A stretch of DNA of 28,018 nt from Armatimonadota bacterium (lineage in GTDB: Bacteria; Armatimonadota; UBA10988), in contig JACRKZ010000122.1 of the NCBI GenBank assembly GCA_016235455.1, positions 1 through 28,018 on the forward strand, given 5' to 3'. Positions 25,947 to 28,018 of the stretch are shown here, piece after piece. The position numbers and the translations under genes were made by a program. Under the pieces are notes generated by a model that was not told where the DNA came from, did no database searches, and was given only the letters and a program-made list of their open reading frames with translations. Numbering within the stretch: position 1 is the stretch's first letter; every line of letters starts with the position of its first letter.

Positions 25947-27467
25947 ATGGCGCGACCGGTGCGACAGGGAACGGCGTACTTGGTGGGTGCGGGCCCCGGC
26001 GATCCGGGTCTGTTGACGGTGCGCGGACGCGAGATCCTGGTGGCCGCGGACGCGGTCATCTATGACCGACTGGCCAACCCGACGCTGCTCGGTCTGGCCC
26101 GGCCCGACGCCGTGCTGATCGATGTCGGCAAGACGCCCGGCCGCCACGCCATGACTCAGGAAGAGATCAACGCGGCCATTGTCGAGCAGGCCAGGCTCGG
26201 CCGCAGCGTCTGCCGGCTCAAGGGCGGCGACCCGTTCGTCTTCGGCCGCGGCGGCGAGGAAGCGCTGGAGTGCCTCGCGGCGAGCGTGCCGTTCGAGATC
26301 GTGCCGGGCGTCACCTCGTCCATCGCCGCGGCGGCCTACGCCGGCATTCCCGTCACGCACCGCAACGTGGCCACGTCGTTCGCCGTGATCACCGGCCATG
26401 AGAACCCCGACAAGCCCGAGACGCAGGTGGACTGGGCTGGCATCGCCCATGGCGCCGACACGCTGGTCTTCCTCATGGGAATCGGCAATCTGGCCGAGAT
26501 CACCGCGCAACTGATCCGGCATGGTCGCGCCGCCGACACGCCGGTGGCCGTGGTGCAGTGGGGCACCTGGACCCGCCAGCGCGTGGTCGAAGGCACGCTG
26601 TCCACCATCGCGCAGCTTGTCGCCGACAGCGGACTCAAGCCGCCGGCGGTGACCATTGTCGGAGCCGTGGCCGCGCTACGCGAGCGGCTGGCGTGGTGGG
26701 ACCGCAAGCCTTTGTTCGGTCGGCGCGTGGTGGTTACGCGGTCGCGTACGCAGGCCTCCGACCTGACCGACCTGCTCACCGATGTCGGTGCCGAGGCCAT
26801 CGAGCTGCCGGTCATCGCCATCGCCGCGCGCGACGTGGCCGAGGCCGTCGGCCGGCTCGTGGCGGCCGGCCTGCCGCATGACTGGGTGGTTTTCGCCAGC
26901 AGCAACGCCGTGGACCTGTTCTTCGCCGCGCTGGCCGCCGCGGGCGCCGACGCCCGCCTGCTCGCCGGCAGCAAGGTCGGCGCGGTAGGCGCTTCCACCG
27001 CCGAGGCACTGGCCCGGCATGGTCTGCGCGCGGATTTCGTGCCGACGAGCTTCAGCGGCGAGGATTTCGCCAAGCAGGTGGGCTCGCCCGAGGGCCTGCG
27101 ATTCCTCTTCCCCGGCGCGGCGGCAGCCAGTGACGACATGCCGCGCGAACTGCGCGCGCGGGGTGCCGAGGTGGAGCTGCTGCCGCTGTACGACACCGTA
27201 CCCGACCCCAGCGACGGCGCCGCCGTGGCGCGGCGCTTCGCCGATGGCGAAGTGGACGCGGTGACCTTCACGTCATCGAGCACGGTGCGGCTGTTCCGCG
27301 AATTGCTGCCCGACGTGGACCTGAGCGGCATCTGCCTGGCGGCCATCGGCCCGCGCACGGCGGACACCATGCGCGAACTGGGCCTGGAGCCGACGGTTGT
27401 GGCGGCCACCAGCCGGCTCAGCGCGCTGGTCGAGGCGCTGAGCGACTGGTGGCAACCGGCGGGCTGA
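25947..27467 (+). CDS. cobA: Uroporphyrinogen-III C-methyltransferase / uroporphyrinogen-III synthase fusion (CobA-HemD)
   Basis: GGAG SD; YLVGAGPGDPGLLT, RLKGGDPFVFGRGGEE, VPGVTS, AGIPVTHR; HemD part VVVTR, FASSNAV, LYDT, FTSSST, IGPRTA. Confidence 0.95.
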   Translation: MARPVRQGTAYLVGAGPGDPGLLTVRGREILVAADAVIYDRLANPTLLGLARPDAVLIDVGKTPGRHAMTQEEINAAIVEQARLGRSVCRLKGGDPFVFGRGGEEALECLAASVPFEIVPGVTSSIAAAAYAGIPVTHRNVATSFAVITGHENPDKPETQVDWAGIAHGADTLVFLMGIGNLAEITAQLIRHGRAADTPVAVVQWGTWTRQRVVEGTLSTIAQLVADSGLKPPAVTIVGAVAALRERLAWWDRKPLFGRRVVVTRSRTQASDLTDLLTDVGAEAIELPVIAIAARDVAEAVGRLVAAGLPHDWVVFASSNAVDLFFAALAAAGADARLLAGSKVGAVGASTAEALARHGLRADFVPTSFSGEDFAKQVGSPEGLRFLFPGAAAASDDMPRELRARGAEVELLPLYDTVPDPSDGAAVARRFADGEVDAVTFTSSSTVRLFRELLPDVDLSGICLAAIGPRTADTMRELGLEPTVVAATSRLSALVEALSDWWQPAG

Positions 27468-28018
27468 TCAGCCGGCGAACCCGAGCCGACCCAGCCAGCC
27501 CGCGCAGAGCGTGGTCCACTGGCTGACATCGGGCCAGTCGGGAGCCAGCCCCAGGCCATGCTGGCCGTAGGGGAAGACGTGCAATTCCACGGGCACGCCG
27601 TGGGTGCTGAGCGCGTCGGCCAAGCGCAGGCTGTTGGCCAACGGCACGGCGCCGTCCTCGGCGGTGTGCCACAGGAAGTGCGGCATGGTGTCGGCGTTGA
27701 CGCAGAGCTCGGCCGACAGTTTGGCGCGCAGTTCCGGCAGCGGCTCCTCGGTGCCCAGCAGGTTCAGCATGCTGCCCTGGTGCAGCCGCTCGACGAAGGT
27801 GACCACGGCGTAGCACAGGATCACCGCGTCGGGCCGACAGCTCACGCGTTCCACCGGATCTTCGGCGTCGGCCCGGCCGGCATCGAAGTGCGTGGCCGTG
27901 GTCGAGGCCAGATGGCCACCGGCCGAGAAGCCGAGGATGCCGACCTTGTCGGGCTGCACGCCGAACTCCGGCCCATGGCACCGCGTCCAGCGTAGCGCGC
28001 GCTGCGCATCGAGCAGCG
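27468..28018 (-). CDS. Alpha/beta hydrolase (esterase/lipase), 5' end beyond the window
   Basis: Frame open to the window end (LLDAQRALRW...); nucleophile GFSAGGHLA, RPDAVILCY, EDGAV (Asp), GQHGLGL (His). Confidence 0.9.
   Translation of the reverse strand, partial: LLDAQRALRWTRCHGPEFGVQPDKVGILGFSAGGHLASTTATHFDAGRADAEDPVERVSCRPDAVILCYAVVTFVERLHQGSMLNLLGTEEPLPELRAKLSAELCVNADTMPHFLWHTAEDGAVPLANSLRLADALSTHGVPVELHVFPYGQHGLGLAPDWPDVSQWTTLCAGWLGRLGFAG

Overview
High-GC (roughly 70% by eye), gene-dense bacterial chromosomal window with about 21 real CDSs and no rRNA, tRNA, CRISPR array or mobile element that I can support. The expanded URO-D-like, DUF6067-like and LamG families suggest an Armatimonadota/PVC-like organism (inference only). 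Housekeeping genes: lysS, sbcD, a class A PBP, a cobA-hemD fusion and an FTCD_C cyclohydrolase. The strongest candidate for an undescribed system is a tightly coupled three-gene operon at 3831-8066 with its own promoter. It encodes a corrinoid-binding protein, an MtaA/URO-D-fold protein lacking the canonical Zn cysteines, and a hybrid histidine kinase whose input is a Cys-rich DUF1638-like domain, i.e. a possible B12/methyl-transfer-coupled signalling module. Other points of note: a CsoR/CstR-type operator before a rhodanese-DUF2892 gene, a secreted almost acid-free polycationic protein, a metallophosphoesterase-GmhB-like HAD fusion, apparently degenerate CAP and DUF2961/GH172 proteins, leaderless and bidirectional promoter candidates, and an RBS-sequestering hairpin. 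All domain calls come from reading motifs by eye, not from database searches.
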